Assembly (NCBI GenBank): GCA_963843845.1
Contig: CAWJMB010000002.1
Span: forward strand, 1,792,001-1,856,000
Direction: 5' to 3'
Source: an uncultured Gemmatimonadaceae bacterium
Lineage (GTDB): Bacteria > Gemmatimonadota > Gemmatimonadetes > Gemmatimonadales > Gemmatimonadaceae
Length of the DNA stretch: 64,000 nt
This document shows positions 38,095-50,792 of the stretch, one piece after another. Each line of letters opens with the position of its first letter. The first letter of the stretch is position 1. Below the pieces are notes generated by a model. That model was given only the letters and a program-made list of their open reading frames with translations. It was not told the DNA's origin and made no database searches. Both the position numbers and the translations under genes were made by a program.

Positions 38095-39906
38095 CTGAAC
38101 GCCTGGCTCGTCGCCGCGGCGCTCGGCGCTGCGGCCGCCGCGCTCTCGTACGCGCGGCGCGGTGCTCTTGCGTTGCCGATGCGGCTCGCGCTCGCCGCGC
38201 TGCGGACGCTCGGCGTCGCGCTCGTCGCGGCGCTCGCGCTGAACGCCACGGTCGGTGCGGCCCGGCCGCTCGCGCCGCTCGTCGCGCTCGACGTCTCGGC
38301 GAGCTGGCTGCGCGGCGGTGATTCGACGGCCTACCGACGCGCGCTCGACGAGTCGCGTCGTTCGGCTGCCGACACGCTCTGGCTCGTCGGCGACTCGGTG
38401 CGTGCGGCGACGGGAGCCGTGCGCGACGTGGTGCCGCTCGATCTGGCGAGCGGCGTGGCTCCGCTCGTCGACCACGCCGCTGCGTCGGGGCGGGCACTCG
38501 TGCTCTACACCGACGGCGAGGTCGAGGGTGGCGAGGCGCTGCGCACGGCGCCGCGTGGGTCGCGCGTCGCCGACGTGACCGTCGCGCGGCGGTCGGACGT
38601 CGCGGTGCGTGACGTCGAGGTGCCGCGGCTGGCCGCGGCGACCGACACGATCGAGGTGCGGGCGACGCTCGTCGCCGACGCGCGTGGCGCGCCGGCTGGC
38701 GTGCTGTCGGTGCACGCCGGAGATCGCGCGACGGTGGAGCGCCCGTTCGACGCGTTGGGCGCGTACGCGGAGCGAACGGTCGCGCTCCGCGTTCCACTCG
38801 CGGGGCTCCGCGGCGAGACGGTGCTGCGGACGATCGTTGCAGCCGTCGGCGACGCGGAGCCGCGCAACGACACCGTGTCGACTGCGCTCGACGTCTCGGC
38901 GGCGCCGGCCGCGGTCTACGTCGCGACCGCGCCCGACTACGACACGCGAGCCGTATTGGGCGTGCTCCGCGGCGCGCTCGCGCTGCCGACGCGCGCCTTC
39001 CTGCGCGTCGCGCCCGGACAGTGGCGCGTCGAGGGAACGCTCGCGCCGGTCCCGGAATCCGAAGTGCGGCGGCTCGCGGCGACGGCCGGCATCCTCGGGA
39101 TCCAGGGAGACACCACGGTATTCGGCCCGCCGCGTTCGCTGTCGCGCGGCGCGCTGCTGCTGTTCCCGACCACGGCGAACACCGAGAGCGGCGAGTGGTA
39201 CGCATCGGACGCGCCCCCCTCGCCGGCATCCGCCGCGCTCTCCGGCGCCGCATGGGACAGCTTGCCGCCACTCGACGTCGGAGGGCCGCTGCCGACGACG
39301 CTCGTCGACGTGCTTCGCGCGCGTCTCGGACGTGCGGGCGCGCCGCGCACGATCGCCGCCCTGGTCGAGCAGCCTCGGCGCGTGGCGATCGTCGGCGCGA
39401 CGGGGTTCTGGCGGTGGTCGTTCCGCGGCGGCGTGGCGGCCGACGCCTTCACCGGGCTGTGGGGCGCGCTCTTCGACTTCCTCGCGGCCGGTCGCGGCGA
39501 CCAGCGCGCCGCGGTTGCAGCCGACGCCGTGGTCCGCGCTGGAGCCCCCGTGCGCTGGCGGCGTGGCGGTACCGACACCCTCGTCACGGCGGTCGCCACG
39601 CGGCGCTCCGACGCACGCGTCGACACGCTCACGATCGCGTTCGGACCGGCGAGCGACATCGCGACGTCGCGCCCGCTCGCCGCTGGCGTGTACGACGTGC
39701 GGACGACGGGCGGCACCTCGCTGCTGGTCGTGAACGCCGCGCGCGAACTGCTCCCGCGGCGGCCGAGCGTACGCCCCGGCGCCGTGGGTGGCGCGTCGGT
39801 CGCGGACGCGACGCCGAGGGCGCGCGATCTCGGATGGCTGTACGCGGCAGCGCTCGGACTCCTCTGCGCCGAGTGGGTGTTCCGGAGGCGCGCGGGGTTG
39901 CGCTGA
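38095..39906 (+). CDS. Hypothetical membrane-anchored protein, possible degenerate VWA-like N-region
   Basis: N-terminal TM helices, LDVSAS..TDG, C-terminal TM ending EWVFRRRAGL; frame is open back to CTG at 38095. Confidence 0.65.
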   Translation: MNAWLVAAALGAAAAALSYARRGALALPMRLALAALRTLGVALVAALALNATVGAARPLAPLVALDVSASWLRGGDSTAYRRALDESRRSAADTLWLVGDSVRAATGAVRDVVPLDLASGVAPLVDHAAASGRALVLYTDGEVEGGEALRTAPRGSRVADVTVARRSDVAVRDVEVPRLAAATDTIEVRATLVADARGAPAGVLSVHAGDRATVERPFDALGAYAERTVALRVPLAGLRGETVLRTIVAAVGDAEPRNDTVSTALDVSAAPAAVYVATAPDYDTRAVLGVLRGALALPTRAFLRVAPGQWRVEGTLAPVPESEVRRLAATAGILGIQGDTTVFGPPRSLSRGALLLFPTTANTESGEWYASDAPPSPASAALSGAAWDSLPPLDVGGPLPTTLVDVLRARLGRAGAPRTIAALVEQPRRVAIVGATGFWRWSFRGGVAADAFTGLWGALFDFLAAGRGDQRAAVAADAVVRAGAPVRWRRGGTDTLVTAVATRRSDARVDTLTIAFGPASDIATSRPLAAGVYDVRTTGGTSLLVVNAARELLPRRPSVRPGAVGGASVADATPRARDLGWLYAAALGLLCAEWVFRRRAGLR

Positions 39907-39971
39907 CCGCTTAACGTGTAGCTGCGTACGGGGCGCGCAGACGCCCCGCCACAGACTCAGCTCACTCGCTC

Positions 39972-40904
39972 ATGGCTCGGCTGTTCCGAAAAGAAGGGGA
40001 CGCGCCCAGGAAATCGCTCTGGCAGCGCATCAAGGACGTCGCCAACACCGATGTCGGCGTCGTGCTCCGCGGCGGCGTCAAAGAGGGGTCACTCGAGCAG
40101 CTCGAGGAAGTCCTGCTCGCATCGGACTTCGGCGTCGCGACGACGCTGCGGCTCGTCGACCAGATCGGCGGCTATGCACAGCGCGGCCTCATTCGCACCG
40201 AGAGCAGAGTTCCAGGACGCGCTCCGCCGCCTCGTCGAAGCCGAGCTGCGGGAAGGGAACAGCGATCCGGCGCTCCGCATGGCGGCGTCGAAGCCGACGG
40301 TCATTCTCGTGATCGGCGTGAACGGCGCCGGGAAGACGACGTTCATCGGCAAGCTCGCCGGGCGGCTACGGTCGCAGGGCAAGAGGTGCTCGTGGGCGCC
40401 GGGGACACGTTCCGCGCGGGCGCGATCGACCAGCTCCGCGTGTGGGCCGAGCGGAGCGGGGCGGAGTTCGTCGGCGCGCAGCAGGGAACGGACGCCGCGG
40501 CCGTCGCGTTCGATGCGATCGACGCAGGGGTCGCGCGCGGCGTCGACGTCGTCATCATCGACACGGCGGGCCGGCTGCACACGAGCGGCGGTCTGATGGA
40601 CGAGCTGAGGAAGGTGGTGCGCGTCATCGCGAAGCGCATCCCGGACGCGCCGCACGAGACGCTGCTCGTTCTCGACGGCACCATCGGCCAGAACGCCATC
40701 GTCCAGGCGAAGACGTTCGCGGACGCCGTGCCGATCACGGGACTCGTCGTGACGAAGGTCGACGGCACCGCGCGCGGCGGGATCGTCGTCGCGGTGCACG
40801 CGGCGCTCGACGTGCCGGTCAAGTTCCTCGGGAACGGTGAGAAGGTCGGAGATCTCGAGCCGTTCGATGCGGCGGAGTTCGCGGAGGAGCTGGTCGAGGC
40901 GTGA
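39972..40904 (+). CDS. ftsY: SRP receptor; two frameshifts (about 40205 and 40380)
   Basis: [34 protein letters not shown]. Confidence 0.96.
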   Translation: MARLFRKEGDAPRKSLWQRIKDVANTDVGVVLRGGVKEGSLEQLEEVLLASDFGVATTLRLVDQIGGYAQRGLIRTESRVPGRAPPPRRSRAAGREQRSGAPHGGVEADGHSRDRRERRREDDVHRQARRAATVAGQEVLVGAGDTFRAGAIDQLRVWAERSGAEFVGAQQGTDAAAVAFDAIDAGVARGVDVVIIDTAGRLHTSGGLMDELRKVVRVIAKRIPDAPHETLLVLDGTIGQNAIVQAKTFADAVPITGLVVTKVDGTARGGIVVAVHAALDVPVKFLGNGEKVGDLEPFDAAEFAEELVEA

Positions 40905-40938
40905 CGTCGGCGTGACGGCAGCGCGCATTTCGTTAGGC

Positions 40939-43045
40939 ATGCCTCCTTCGCGCCGTCAGCCCTCCGCGCCGCGCGTCGCGCTCGACACGCCGGTCACGTA
41001 CCTCAAGGGCGTCGGACCGGCGCGCGCCGTCGCGCTCGCGCGGCTCGGCGTGCACACCGCGGGCGACCTGCTGTACCACGTGCCGCACCGCTACGAGGAC
41101 GCGAGCACGGTCGCGCGGATCGCGGAGCTCGAGGCTGGCGTCGACGCGACCGTCATCGGGCGCGTCATCTCGAAGGGCGTCATTCCGACGCGGAAGGGGC
41201 TGCGCATCTTCCAGGCGGTCGTGAAGGACGCGAGCGGGATGATCGAGGTGTCGTGGCCCGGGCAGCCGTTCCTCGACCGCACGATCGAGAAGGGCGACGT
41301 GCTGCTCCTGAGCGGCACGGTGCGCTTCTTCCACGGCCGCCAGCTGCAGCCGCGCGAGTTCGTGAATCTCGGCGGCGAGGACGAGGGGACGGCGGACGGG
41401 CGCGTGCTCGCGGTCTACCCCGCGACCGAAGGGCTGTCGTTCAAGCAGATCCGCGCGCTCGATCGATGCGCACCTCGACGCGCTGCTGCCGCAGGTGCGC
41501 GAGTACCTGCCCGCACGAGCGCTGCGCCACGGCGGCGTGTCCCCGTGCTGCCCGACGCGCTGCGCATGGTGCACCGCCCGTCGTCGATCGCCGAGGCGAT
41601 GGCCGGGCGGGCCCGGCTCGCGTTCGAGGAGTTGCTCGCGCTGCAGGTGTTGCACCGCCGCGCGAATGCGCTCGCCCGCGTGACGCGCGACGGACGCGCG
41701 CTCGAGAATCGTCGCGACCTGACGACGAAGCTGAAGACCGCGCTTGCCGTTCGAGCTGACGAGCGCGCAGACCCGGTCGCTCCGCGAGATCGTGGCCGAC
41801 ATGACGAGCCCGAGGCGGATGCACCGGCTGCTGCAGGGCGACGTCGGGAGCGGCAAGACCATCGTCGCGCTGTTCGCGTCGCTGCTGGCGATGGAGAACG
41901 GCTACCAGGCGGCCGTCATGGCGCCGACGGAGCTGCTCGCCGAGCAACACCTGCGCACCTTCACGCGCCTGCTCGAACCGTTAGGCATCCGGCCCGTGCT
42001 CGTCACCGGCCGCCTGACGACGAAGGTGCGGCGCGAGGCGGCCGCGCTGCTCGCGCGCCCCGCGCCGCTCCTGGTCGTCGGCACGCACGCCCTCGTGCAG
42101 GACTCGACGGCCTTCGCGCGGCTCGGCCTCGCGGTCGTGGACGAGCAGCACCGCTTCGGCGTCGAACAGCGAAAGGCGTTCGGCGCGAAGGGCGCAGCAC
42201 CCCGACGTCCTGCTGATGACCGCGACGCCGATCCCGCGCTCGCTCGCGCTCACGCGTACGGCGATCTGGACGTGAGCGTGCTCGACGAGAAGCCCGCCGG
42301 GTCGGCAGCCGATCACGAGCGCGCTGCGGCCCGAGAGCGCGCGCGACCGCGTGATGCAGTTCGTCGAATCACGAGCTCGCGAAGGGGCGACAGGCGTACG
42401 TCGTCTACCCGCTCATCGAGGAGTCGGAGAAGAGCGACCTCAAGGCGGCGACGATCGCGTTCGACGAGCTGGCCGCGGGCCCGTTCGCCGGGCGGACGGG
42501 TCGGGCTGCTGCACGGACGGATGTCCGGCGACGAGAAGGACGCGATCGATGCGCGCGTTCCGCGACGGGGCGCTCGACGTGCTCGTGGCGACGACGGTGA
42601 TCGAGGTCGGCATCGACGTTCCGAACGCGACGGTGATGCTGATCGAGCACCCCGAGCGCTTCGGGCTGTCGCAACTGCACCAGCTCCGCGGACGCGTCGG
42701 TCGAGGCGATAGAGCGTCCTACTGCATCCTGCTCGGGCGACGTCGGAGCTGGAAGCCGGTGAGCGGCTGTCGATCTTCGTCGGGACCGAAGACGGCTTCG
42801 CGATCGCCGAGGCCGACCTGCGGCTGCGCGGCATGGGCGACCTGTTCGGTGAGCGGCAGAGCGGTCAGCCGATGTTTCGCATCGCCGATCCGATCCGGGA
42901 CGAGGAGCTCAACCTCGCCGCGCGCGACGTCGCGGACGACATGCTCGCCCGCGACCCGGAGCTGACGGCGGCGGAGCACGCCGGGTTCCGCGAGGCGCTG
43001 GGCGCTCGCTACGCGAGGTCGATGGAGCTGTTCCGCGTCGGCTAG
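40939..43045 (+). CDS. recG: ATP-dependent DNA helicase RecG; multiple frameshifts
   Basis: [55 protein letters not shown]. Confidence 0.95.
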
Positions 43046-43087
43046 CCGTCGAGCCCGCGACGCGCGAGCACTCGCACGTCAGGCGAG

Positions 43088-44013
43088 TCAGGCGAGCACC
43101 CGCACGGCGCGTGGCAGCACGGTCGCCGTGAACGCCGTCGCGGTGCCTAACGCGTCGCCATCGCCGAGGAACGTGTCCGGGCGCGCGCACCGGAAGCGCG
43201 CCGATCGAGCGGGCACGACGTGAAGTGCGCTGTCCGGAATCGGCGCGCCGACCGACAGCCGCGTGAACGCGTCGATGAGCGTCAGTCGCGACACGTCCTG
43301 GATCACGAGCAGTTCGCAGCACCCGTCGTCGCTCGGACCCACACCCGGCAGGGCGAGCCCTCCCCCGCAGTAGCGCTGGGTCGCGACGAACAGGCCCGGC
43401 GAGCGGAGCTCGAGCGTCTCGCGCGCTCCGTCTGGTCGCTCGACGTCGATCTCGATCCGCTCGGCGAGCGGCCGACGCGCGAGCAGGGACGGCGGTCGCC
43501 GCGACCCGGTAGATCGACGCGCCGAGGAGCCGAGCGAGCGATGCGGCGACCCCGCGCCCCGCCTTGATGCGAGCGGCACGCGCCGCGCTGTCGGAGACGA
43601 TCCCGAGCCCGCCCACCGTGCAGACGACGGCCTCGCCAACCTGGATGACGTCCATCGATCGTTCGCGCGACCTGGTGAGCGCAGCGACCATGTCGGTCAG
43701 CGTGCCGCGCACCCCGAGCGAGCGGGCGAGATCGTTCGCAGTGCCCACCGGCAGGAGGGCCAGCGATGCGGTCGTGTGCAGCAGTCCACGCGCGACGGCC
43801 GCTGCCGTGCCGTCACCGCCGGCGGCGATCACCGTGTCGACGCCGTCGGCCGCCGCCTGCGCAGCGAGGCGCGTCGAGTCGGCGGCGCTCAGCGGGCTCG
43901 ACGACGTCGAGCGCCCAGCGCGTGCGCAGGGTCGCGAGCAACGCCGGCGATCGCGCGAGCGCGGCGCGGCGAGCCGCCGGGTTGATGAGGACGACCGCGC
44001 GCGGCGGCATCAC
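43088..44013 (-). CDS. Diacylglycerol/lipid kinase family protein (YegS-like); frameshifted
   Basis: LINPAA, AAGGDGT, LPVGTANDLA, YCGGG, GDG across ORFs 43813, 42909 and 43088. Confidence 0.85.
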
Positions 44014-44072
44014 GATCGATCGAACGCCCGCGCCACGTGCCGTGTGCGTCGGTGGCGCCGAACGCCGGGGCG

Positions 44073-44687
44073 CTACGGGCGCCGAGGCGCGACGCGCCGG
44101 CGAATCCGCTCCAGCTCGGCACGGCTCGCGTCGAGCTCCTTCGTGAGACGGTCGATCTCGGCGCCTCGCGCTCGGAGCGTGTCGCGGAACGCGATGAGCC
44201 CTGGCTGCTGCGGAGCCGCCCGGCCCGCCGACCGCGCGATGTCGCCGCCGATCAGCTCGGCGGTCTCACGGAGCGAGTCGAGATGTCCGGTCAGTCGCTG
44301 GAGCACGAGCGCCTCCACGTAGTGCTCCTGCGAAGGCCCTCCGGCGACATACGCGGCGAGCGCGTTGCGCGCCTCCCGTGTCGACTCGTTCGACGCCTTC
44401 GCCTCGGTGGCGGGGTCGAGCAGCAGCAGCCCGCGGAGATACGTCGAGTGGGCGGCCTCGCGGGTGCCGGGGTGCCGCGCAGCGAACGCGCGCAGCACGC
44501 TGTCGACGCGACGCGGGTCGCGCGTCATCGCCGCCGCCACCGCATCCGCTCGCACGCGCGGCCACTCGCGCGACGCGGCGGCGGGCGCCTCTTCGGTCAC
44601 GTCTGCCGAGGGGTGTACGCGGCTGCACGCCCCCGCGGCGAGAACGAGGGCCGCGACCAGGCGCCCGAAGTGGTGTCGGGAGCTCAT
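44073..44687 (-). CDS. Lipoprotein with C-terminal coiled coil (QseG-like by context)
   Basis: Lipobox-like AAGAC, helical core, EIDRLTKELDASRAELERIRRR; overlaps kinase stop by 4 nt. Confidence 0.65.
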   Translation of the reverse strand: MSSRHHFGRLVAALVLAAGACSRVHPSADVTEEAPAAASREWPRVRADAVAAAMTRDPRRVDSVLRAFAARHPGTREAAHSTYLRGLLLLDPATEAKASNESTREARNALAAYVAGGPSQEHYVEALVLQRLTGHLDSLRETAELIGGDIARSAGRAAPQQPGLIAFRDTLRARGAEIDRLTKELDASRAELERIRRRVAPRRP

Positions 44688-46205
44688 GACGCGGCTCCGG
44701 CGCTCGCTCGACGGTCGCCGCCCGATCGCTCGACCTGCCCGGGCGCGCGAACGGCGTCGTCGCCATACGGCAGCACGATCGAGAACGTCGTGCCCTCGCC
44801 GACGGCGCTCTCGACGGCGATCGTCCCCCCGTGCGCCTCGACGATCTCTTTCGAGATCGCGAGGCCGAGGCCGGTGCCCTTCGCGTTCGCGCCGTGCTGG
44901 TTGCTCGCCTGGAAGAACTTGTCGAAGATGTTCGGCACCTGTGCGGCATCGATCCCGACGCCGGTGTCGCGCACCGCCATGTAGACCGAGCCCTCGAGCG
45001 ACGACACGAGGAGGTCGACGCGTCCGCCGTCCGGCGTGAACTTGAACGCGTTCGTGAGCAGGTTGCCTAACACTTCGGCCATGCGGTCGGCGTCCCAGGT
45101 CACGATCTCCGGGAGCGGTCCGTGTGTGTCGATGGTGAACGTGATGCCGCGCTGCATCGCCAGCACCTCGTGCGTCGTGCGCATCTCGTGCAAGAACTTC
45201 TCGAGGTGCATGGGCATCGGGTCGAGGCGCGCCTCGCCTGCCTTGAAACGGCTGATGTCGAGCAGGTGCTGCACGAGCCGTCCCATCGACGCGGCCTGCG
45301 TCTGCATCACGCCCACGACGTCGCTCTGCTTGTCGTTCAAGGGGCCGTAGATGTTCTCCTCCAACAGCTTGAGGTAGCCCATCATCACGTTGATCGGCGT
45401 CTTCAGCTCGTGCGACGCGACCGACATGAACTCGGCCTTCAGCTTGTCCAGCTCTGCGAGCTGCTTCGCCATCGACTCGTAGCTCGCCGCGAGCCGCCCG
45501 AACTCGTCGGAGCGTCCCGGCCCGAGCGACAGCCGGTGCTCGAAGTCGCCCCCGGCAACCGCCGCCATCCCGCGTTCGAGGTCTCGCACCGGCCGGCTGA
45601 TCGACCGCACCGTCCAGTACGCGACGCCGGCGCCCGACGACGACCGCGAGCCCGCCGAGGACGAGCGCGAGCGCGGCCGCGCCCGTGGCCTGCCGTGCGG
45701 CGACGTCGACGCTTCGCGCGGTCACGCGCCGCAGCGTCTCCTCTTCGGCCGAGATGTTCGCTTCGATGTGTTGGATCGCCGGCTGGATCTGCTCCGACGA
45801 CACACTCTCCGCGATGGTCGGCAGCCCGTCGGCGAACGCGCTGATCTCGATGTTCCCGAGCTGGTCGAGCGCCCGCGCAGAGCTGTCGACCATCGCTGCG
45901 GTCGTGTGCAGATTCAGCGCGTGCAGCGAATCGGCGTAGCTGCGGAGCACCCGAGTCGCGCTGTGGAACGCCGCCGCCGACCCGTCCTCACCTTTGTAGA
46001 CGCTGACGCTGACTTCGGCGTCGTCGACCCGCGCGAGTCGCTCGCGCACGCCTGAGAGCGCGAACGACGCCGCGAGCTGCTCGTCCCGGAGCCGCTCCGC
46101 CGCGCGTTGCGCGGCGCGCAGCGCGAGGAGGGACGCGGCGAGCGGGATGACGAGGAGCAGCGCGACCGCGACGAAGCCGACCGCGAGACGAGCGCGAAGG
46201 GTCAT
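44684..46205 (-). CDS. Membrane sensor histidine kinase (2 TM, HAMP, HisKA, HATPase); frameshift near 45620
   Basis: SDEFGRLA, SHELKTP, NLLTNAFKFT, DTGVGI, GTGLGLAI. Confidence 0.92.
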
Positions 46206-46237
46206 GCGCGCAAGATAAACGAGCCGCGGGGCGAGCG

Positions 46238-46267
46238 TTGACAGCCTTCGGTCGGGCGGTCTAGGTT
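46238..46267 (+). promoter_or_regulatory. Candidate sigma70 promoter for asnS
   Basis: TTGACA, 18 nt, TAGGTT. Confidence 0.55.
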
Positions 46268-46308
46268 GCCGACCCCCCGCTCGACTCTCGCTAACTCGTG
46301 CTGCTTCA

Positions 46309-47610
46309 ATGACATCGCCTGTCGTCCGCATCGTCGATCTGCGCGCGCATGTCGGACAGACCGTCACCGTCCGCGGCTGGATCACGCACCTCCGCTCGTC
46401 GGGCAAGATCGCCTTCCCGATCGTGCGCGACGGCACTGGCACGGCGCAGTGCGTCGTCATGAAGAACGCGGTCCCGCCAGAGAGCTGGGAGGCGCTGAGC
46501 GCGCTGTCGCTCGAGGCGAGCGTCGTGGTCGAAGGCGAGGTGCGCGCCGAGCCGCGCGCCCCTGGAGGCTATGAGCTCGGCGTGAGCGGGCTCGCGCTCA
46601 TCGGCGCCAGCGCCGCCGACTACCCGATTCAACCGAAAGAGCACGGCGTCGACTTCCTGCTCGACCACCGCCATCTGTGGCTGCGCGCGCCGCGGCAGGC
46701 GGCGATCATGCGCGTGCGCAGCGAGATCGAGCAGGCGATCCACGACTTCTTCTACGCGCGCGACTTCGTGCACTGCGACACGCCGATCCTCACCGGCGCG
46801 CAGGGGGAGAGCGGCGGGCTGTTCGAGACCGAGTACTTCGACGAAGGCACGGCCTATCTCGCGCAGACCGGGCAGCTCTACGGCGAAGCGCTCGCCGCCG
46901 CGCTCGGCCGGATCTACACGTTCGGCCCGACCTTCCGCGCCGAGAAGTCGAAGACGCGCCGCCACCTGACCGAGTTCTGGATGATCGAGCCGGAGATGGC
47001 GTGGTACGACCAGGACGACAACATGAAGCTCCAGGAGGAGCTCGTGTCGTATCTCGTCGAGCGCGTGCTCGAGCGCCGACAGGAAGAGCTGAAAGTGCTC
47101 GAGCGCGACACGTCGAAGCTGGAACCGATCCGCGCGCCGTTCGTGCGCCTCGACTACTCGGACGCGATCGCGCTCGTACAGCGGAAGGGGAGCGAGGCGC
47201 GATGGGGTGACGATCTCGGCGCGCCGGACGAAGCGAGGATCGTCGAGGAGTACGACCGGCCGGTGTTCGTCATGAACTACCCGAAGGAGGCGAAGGCCTT
47301 CTACATGAAGGAGAACGCAGCCGACCCTCGGACCGTGCGGTGCTCAGACCTGCTCGCGCCGGAAGGACGCGGCGAGATCATCGGCGGTTCGCAGCGCGAG
47401 GACGACTACGACAAACTGCGTGCGCGGATCATCGACGAAGGACTGCCGCTCGACGCCTACGACTGGTATCTCGACCTCCGGCGTTACGGAACGTTCGTGC
47501 ACTCCGGCTTCGGCCTCGGCCTCGAGCGCACGGTCGCGTGGATCGCCGGGGTGGAGCACATCCGCGAGGTCATCGCGTTTCCGCGCATGATGGGACGCCT
47601 GAAGCCCTAG
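46309..47610 (+). CDS. asnS: Asparagine--tRNA ligase
   Basis: OB fold, [48 protein letters not shown]. Confidence 0.96.
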   Translation: MTSPVVRIVDLRAHVGQTVTVRGWITHLRSSGKIAFPIVRDGTGTAQCVVMKNAVPPESWEALSALSLEASVVVEGEVRAEPRAPGGYELGVSGLALIGASAADYPIQPKEHGVDFLLDHRHLWLRAPRQAAIMRVRSEIEQAIHDFFYARDFVHCDTPILTGAQGESGGLFETEYFDEGTAYLAQTGQLYGEALAAALGRIYTFGPTFRAEKSKTRRHLTEFWMIEPEMAWYDQDDNMKLQEELVSYLVERVLERRQEELKVLERDTSKLEPIRAPFVRLDYSDAIALVQRKGSEARWGDDLGAPDEARIVEEYDRPVFVMNYPKEAKAFYMKENAADPRTVRCSDLLAPEGRGEIIGGSQREDDYDKLRARIIDEGLPLDAYDWYLDLRRYGTFVHSGFGLGLERTVAWIAGVEHIREVIAFPRMMGRLKP

Positions 47611-47635
47611 CGTTCGGCGATTGCCCGTCAGCCGG

Positions 47636-48427
47636 CTAGCTCGGCTCGCGGGCCTTCACCTCGTCCCACAGCGCGTCGAGCGCCGTCAGCCCGGCGTCGC
47701 CGACGTCGATGCCGCGCTCGGCGGCGAGTCGTTCGACGGCGCCGAACCGGCCGGCGAATTTCGCGTTCGCGCGGTCGAGCGCGAGTGACGCGTGGACGCC
47801 CGCCTTGCGGCAGAGATTCACCACCGAGAACAGCAGGTCGCCGAGCTCAGACTCGAGGCGGGCGTGACGCTCGTCGTACAGCGGCCCGCCGTCCGGCGCT
47901 GTGGCGGGTGGCGACGCGCTCAGCTCGGCGCGCACTTCGTCGAGCTCTTCGGCGACCTTCCCGATCGGACCCTCGACGTCCGGCCAGTCGAAGCCGACAC
48001 CCGAGGCGCGGTCTTGCAGCCTGTGCGCGCGGTGCAGCGCGGGCAGGCCGGCGGGGAGCCCCTCGTCGATGGCGCGGCGCCGGCTCGCTTTCATCGCCTC
48101 CCACGACGGACGCTCGGCCGCGTCGCCGTACAGATGCGGGTGCCGCGCGCGCATCTTCGCGATCAGCCCGGCCGCGACGTCGCTCATGTCGAAGGCGCCG
48201 CGCTCCTCGGCCACGACCGAGTGGAAGAGCACCTGGAGCAGAAGGTCGCCGAGCTCCTCGCGCAGGTGCACGTCGTCGCCGGCGCGGATCGCGTCGTCGA
48301 CCTCGTGCGCTTCCTCGATCAGATACGGTCGGAGAGAGTCGTGCGTCTGCGCGCGGTCCCACTCGCAGCGGGCTCGGAGGTCACGCATGAGCGCGAGCGT
48401 ATCTTCAAGTGTGGCCTTGTCTTGCAT
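47636..48427 (-). CDS. mazG: Nucleoside triphosphate pyrophosphohydrolase MazG
   Basis: [41 protein letters not shown] upstream. Confidence 0.95.
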   Translation of the reverse strand: MQDKATLEDTLALMRDLRARCEWDRAQTHDSLRPYLIEEAHEVDDAIRAGDDVHLREELGDLLLQVLFHSVVAEERGAFDMSDVAAGLIAKMRARHPHLYGDAAERPSWEAMKASRRRAIDEGLPAGLPALHRAHRLQDRASGVGFDWPDVEGPIGKVAEELDEVRAELSASPPATAPDGGPLYDERHARLESELGDLLFSVVNLCRKAGVHASLALDRANAKFAGRFGAVERLAAERGIDVGDAGLTALDALWDEVKAREPS

Positions 48428-48481
48428 GGCCTCCGTCGGGCGTCTTAGGTTTCGCGGCTTCGCTTCCCCGACCGCCGCCGG

Positions 48482-49618
48482 ATGTCCGAGCAATCTAACC
48501 CGCACGAGTCGCACCCCGGCGTGCGTCCGACGACCGGAACCGGCGCGGACCGAGCGCGGGCGTGGCTCGAGGTCGATCTCGGTGCCGTCGTGCGGAATGC
48601 GCAGGCGCTCGCCGCCCGGGCGCGCGTGCCGCTCGTGCCGATGGTCAAAGCCGACGCCTATGGACTCGGCGCCGAGCGGATCGTGGAGGCGCTGGAGCCG
48701 ACCGAGCCGTGGGGGTACGGCGTCGCGACGGTGCCCGAGGGAGAAGCGCTGCGCACGGCCGGCATCACGCGACGCATCCTCGTCTTCACGCCGCTGCTGC
48801 CTGGCGAGCTCCCCAGGGCGCATGCGGCGGCCCTGACGCCGTCGTTGTCGCGCGCCGACGACGTCACGCGCTGGACGCTCCTCGGCGGCGCGGCGTGGCA
48901 CCTGGCGATCGACACGGGGATGGGTCGCGCCGGCGTGCGATGGGACGCGATCGACACGCTGCGCGCCGTCGTCGCCGCGCACCCGCCCGAGGGGGCGTAC
49001 ACGCACTTTCACTCGGCCGACACCGACGAAGTGTCGCGTCGCGAGCAGGAGGGCCGGTTCCGTGCGGCGCTCGACGCGCTGCCCCCGCACGCGATGCCGG
49101 CGATCCTGCACGCCGAGAACAGCCCGAGTGTCGAACATCGCGCGCCGTCGCCATGGTCGGTCGCGCGCCCGGGCGTCTTCCTGTACGGCGTCGCCAGTCA
49201 CGGCGCGCTGGCGCCGATGCCGGTCGCTCACCTCCGCGCTCGCGTGGTCGATCTCCGCGTCGTACGCGACGGCGAGACGGTGAGCTACGGCGCGCAGTGG
49301 CGGGCGGCGGGCGAGCGCACGATCGCGACGGTCGCGTGCGGCTACGGCGACGGATATCGGCGCGCGTTCGGCAACCGTGCCGCAGCGCTCGTGCACGGGC
49401 GCGACGTCCCGGTCGTCGGCTGCGTGACGATGGACATGACGATGCTCGACGTCACCGGCGTGCCCTGCCGAGTCGGCGACGTGGCAACGCTCGTCGGGCG
49501 TGACGGTGACAGACTACTGACGGTCGCGGACGTGGCCGCGGCGGGCGACCTCTCACCGTACGAGCTGTTGACCGGATTCCGTGGACGACTCCCACGCCTC
49601 TACCGCGACGCGCCGTGA
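48482..49618 (+). CDS. alr: Alanine racemase
   Basis: [38 protein letters not shown]. Confidence 0.95.
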   Translation: MSEQSNPHESHPGVRPTTGTGADRARAWLEVDLGAVVRNAQALAARARVPLVPMVKADAYGLGAERIVEALEPTEPWGYGVATVPEGEALRTAGITRRILVFTPLLPGELPRAHAAALTPSLSRADDVTRWTLLGGAAWHLAIDTGMGRAGVRWDAIDTLRAVVAAHPPEGAYTHFHSADTDEVSRREQEGRFRAALDALPPHAMPAILHAENSPSVEHRAPSPWSVARPGVFLYGVASHGALAPMPVAHLRARVVDLRVVRDGETVSYGAQWRAAGERTIATVACGYGDGYRRAFGNRAAALVHGRDVPVVGCVTMDMTMLDVTGVPCRVGDVATLVGRDGDRLLTVADVAAAGDLSPYELLTGFRGRLPRLYRDAP

Positions 49619-50792
49619 CCGTCGAGAACCGACGGGCCATCATCATCGTGCTCGATGGCGTGGGCGTGGGTGCGGCGCACGATGCCGCCGCGTACGGTGA
49701 TGTCGACAGCGACACGCTGGGGCACGTCGCAGACGCCGTCGGGGGGCTCGACCTCCCCGCGCTCGCGCGGCTCGGACTCGGCAACGTGCGGGCGTTGGCG
49801 GGGATGGTGCCGAACGCGCGGCCCGAGGCGGCGTGGGGAACGATGCAGCCGGCGTCGGCGGGGAAGGACAGCACGACCGGACACTGGGAGCTGGCCGGTG
49901 TTCGACTCGCACGGCCGTTTCCGACGTATCCGCACGGCTTCCCGGCGGAGCTGATCGACGTGTTCGCCGCGCGCACCGGGCGGGGGGTGCTCGGGAACGT
50001 GGCGGCGAGCGGCACCGCGATCATCGACCAGTTCGGTCCGGCGCACGAGCGCACGGGGCAGTGGATCGTCTACACGTCCGCCGATTCCGTCTTCCAGGTC
50101 GCCGCGCACGAAGCGGTCGTGCCGCTGCCGAGCTCTACGCCGCCTGTGAGCTCGCGCGCGAGTTGCTCGTCGCGCCGCACGACGTCTCGCGCGTCATCGC
50201 GCGACCGTTCGTCGGCCGCGAAGGCGCTTACGCGCGGTCGGCGAACCGCCGCGACCTGTCGATCGAGCCGCCCGAGCGGACGCTGCTCGACGCGCTCGCC
50301 GCGTCGGGCATTCCGCGCGATGGCGTCGGCAAGGTCGACGATCTCTTCGCCGGCCGTGCGCTCACCGCGCGCCACACCGCGAACAACGCCGACGGCATCG
50401 CCGCGATCGCGACGTGGCTGCACGAGGCACCCCGTGGGTTGCTGTTCTCGAACCTGGTAGATTTCGACACCCTGTTCGGGCACCGCAACGACGTTGCGGG
50501 GTTCTACGGAGCATTGCGCGAATTCGATCGCGCGCTTCCGACGCTCGAAGGCTTGCTCCGCGAGGACGATCTGCTGTTCATCACGGCCGACCACGGCAAC
50601 GACCCGACGACATCGTCGACCGATCACGCGCGCGAGCGCGTGCCGCTGCTGGTGCTCGGTCCCCGCGTCGCGCCCGCTTCGCTCGGCGAGCGCGCGACGT
50701 TCGCCGACGTCGGCGCGACCGTGGCGGAGTGGCTCGGCGTCGCGTTCCGCGGAAGCGGCGAGTCGTTTCTCTCGGCGATCGTTCCGGCGTGA
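49615..50792 (+). CDS. deoB: Phosphopentomutase; frameshift near 50130
   Basis: [54 protein letters not shown]. Confidence 0.95.

Noticed and set aside
16..43045. Pseudogenes or programmed frameshifting in ileS, ftsY, recG and mur genes
   Set aside because: Too many essential genes are affected, with no consistent slippery sites; sequencing error is the simpler explanation
44073..46460. 795-aa ORF joining the kinase sensor domain to the lipoprotein
   Set aside because: Frameshift artefact; the middle is off-frame kinase sequence and the lipoprotein has its own ATG and lipobox
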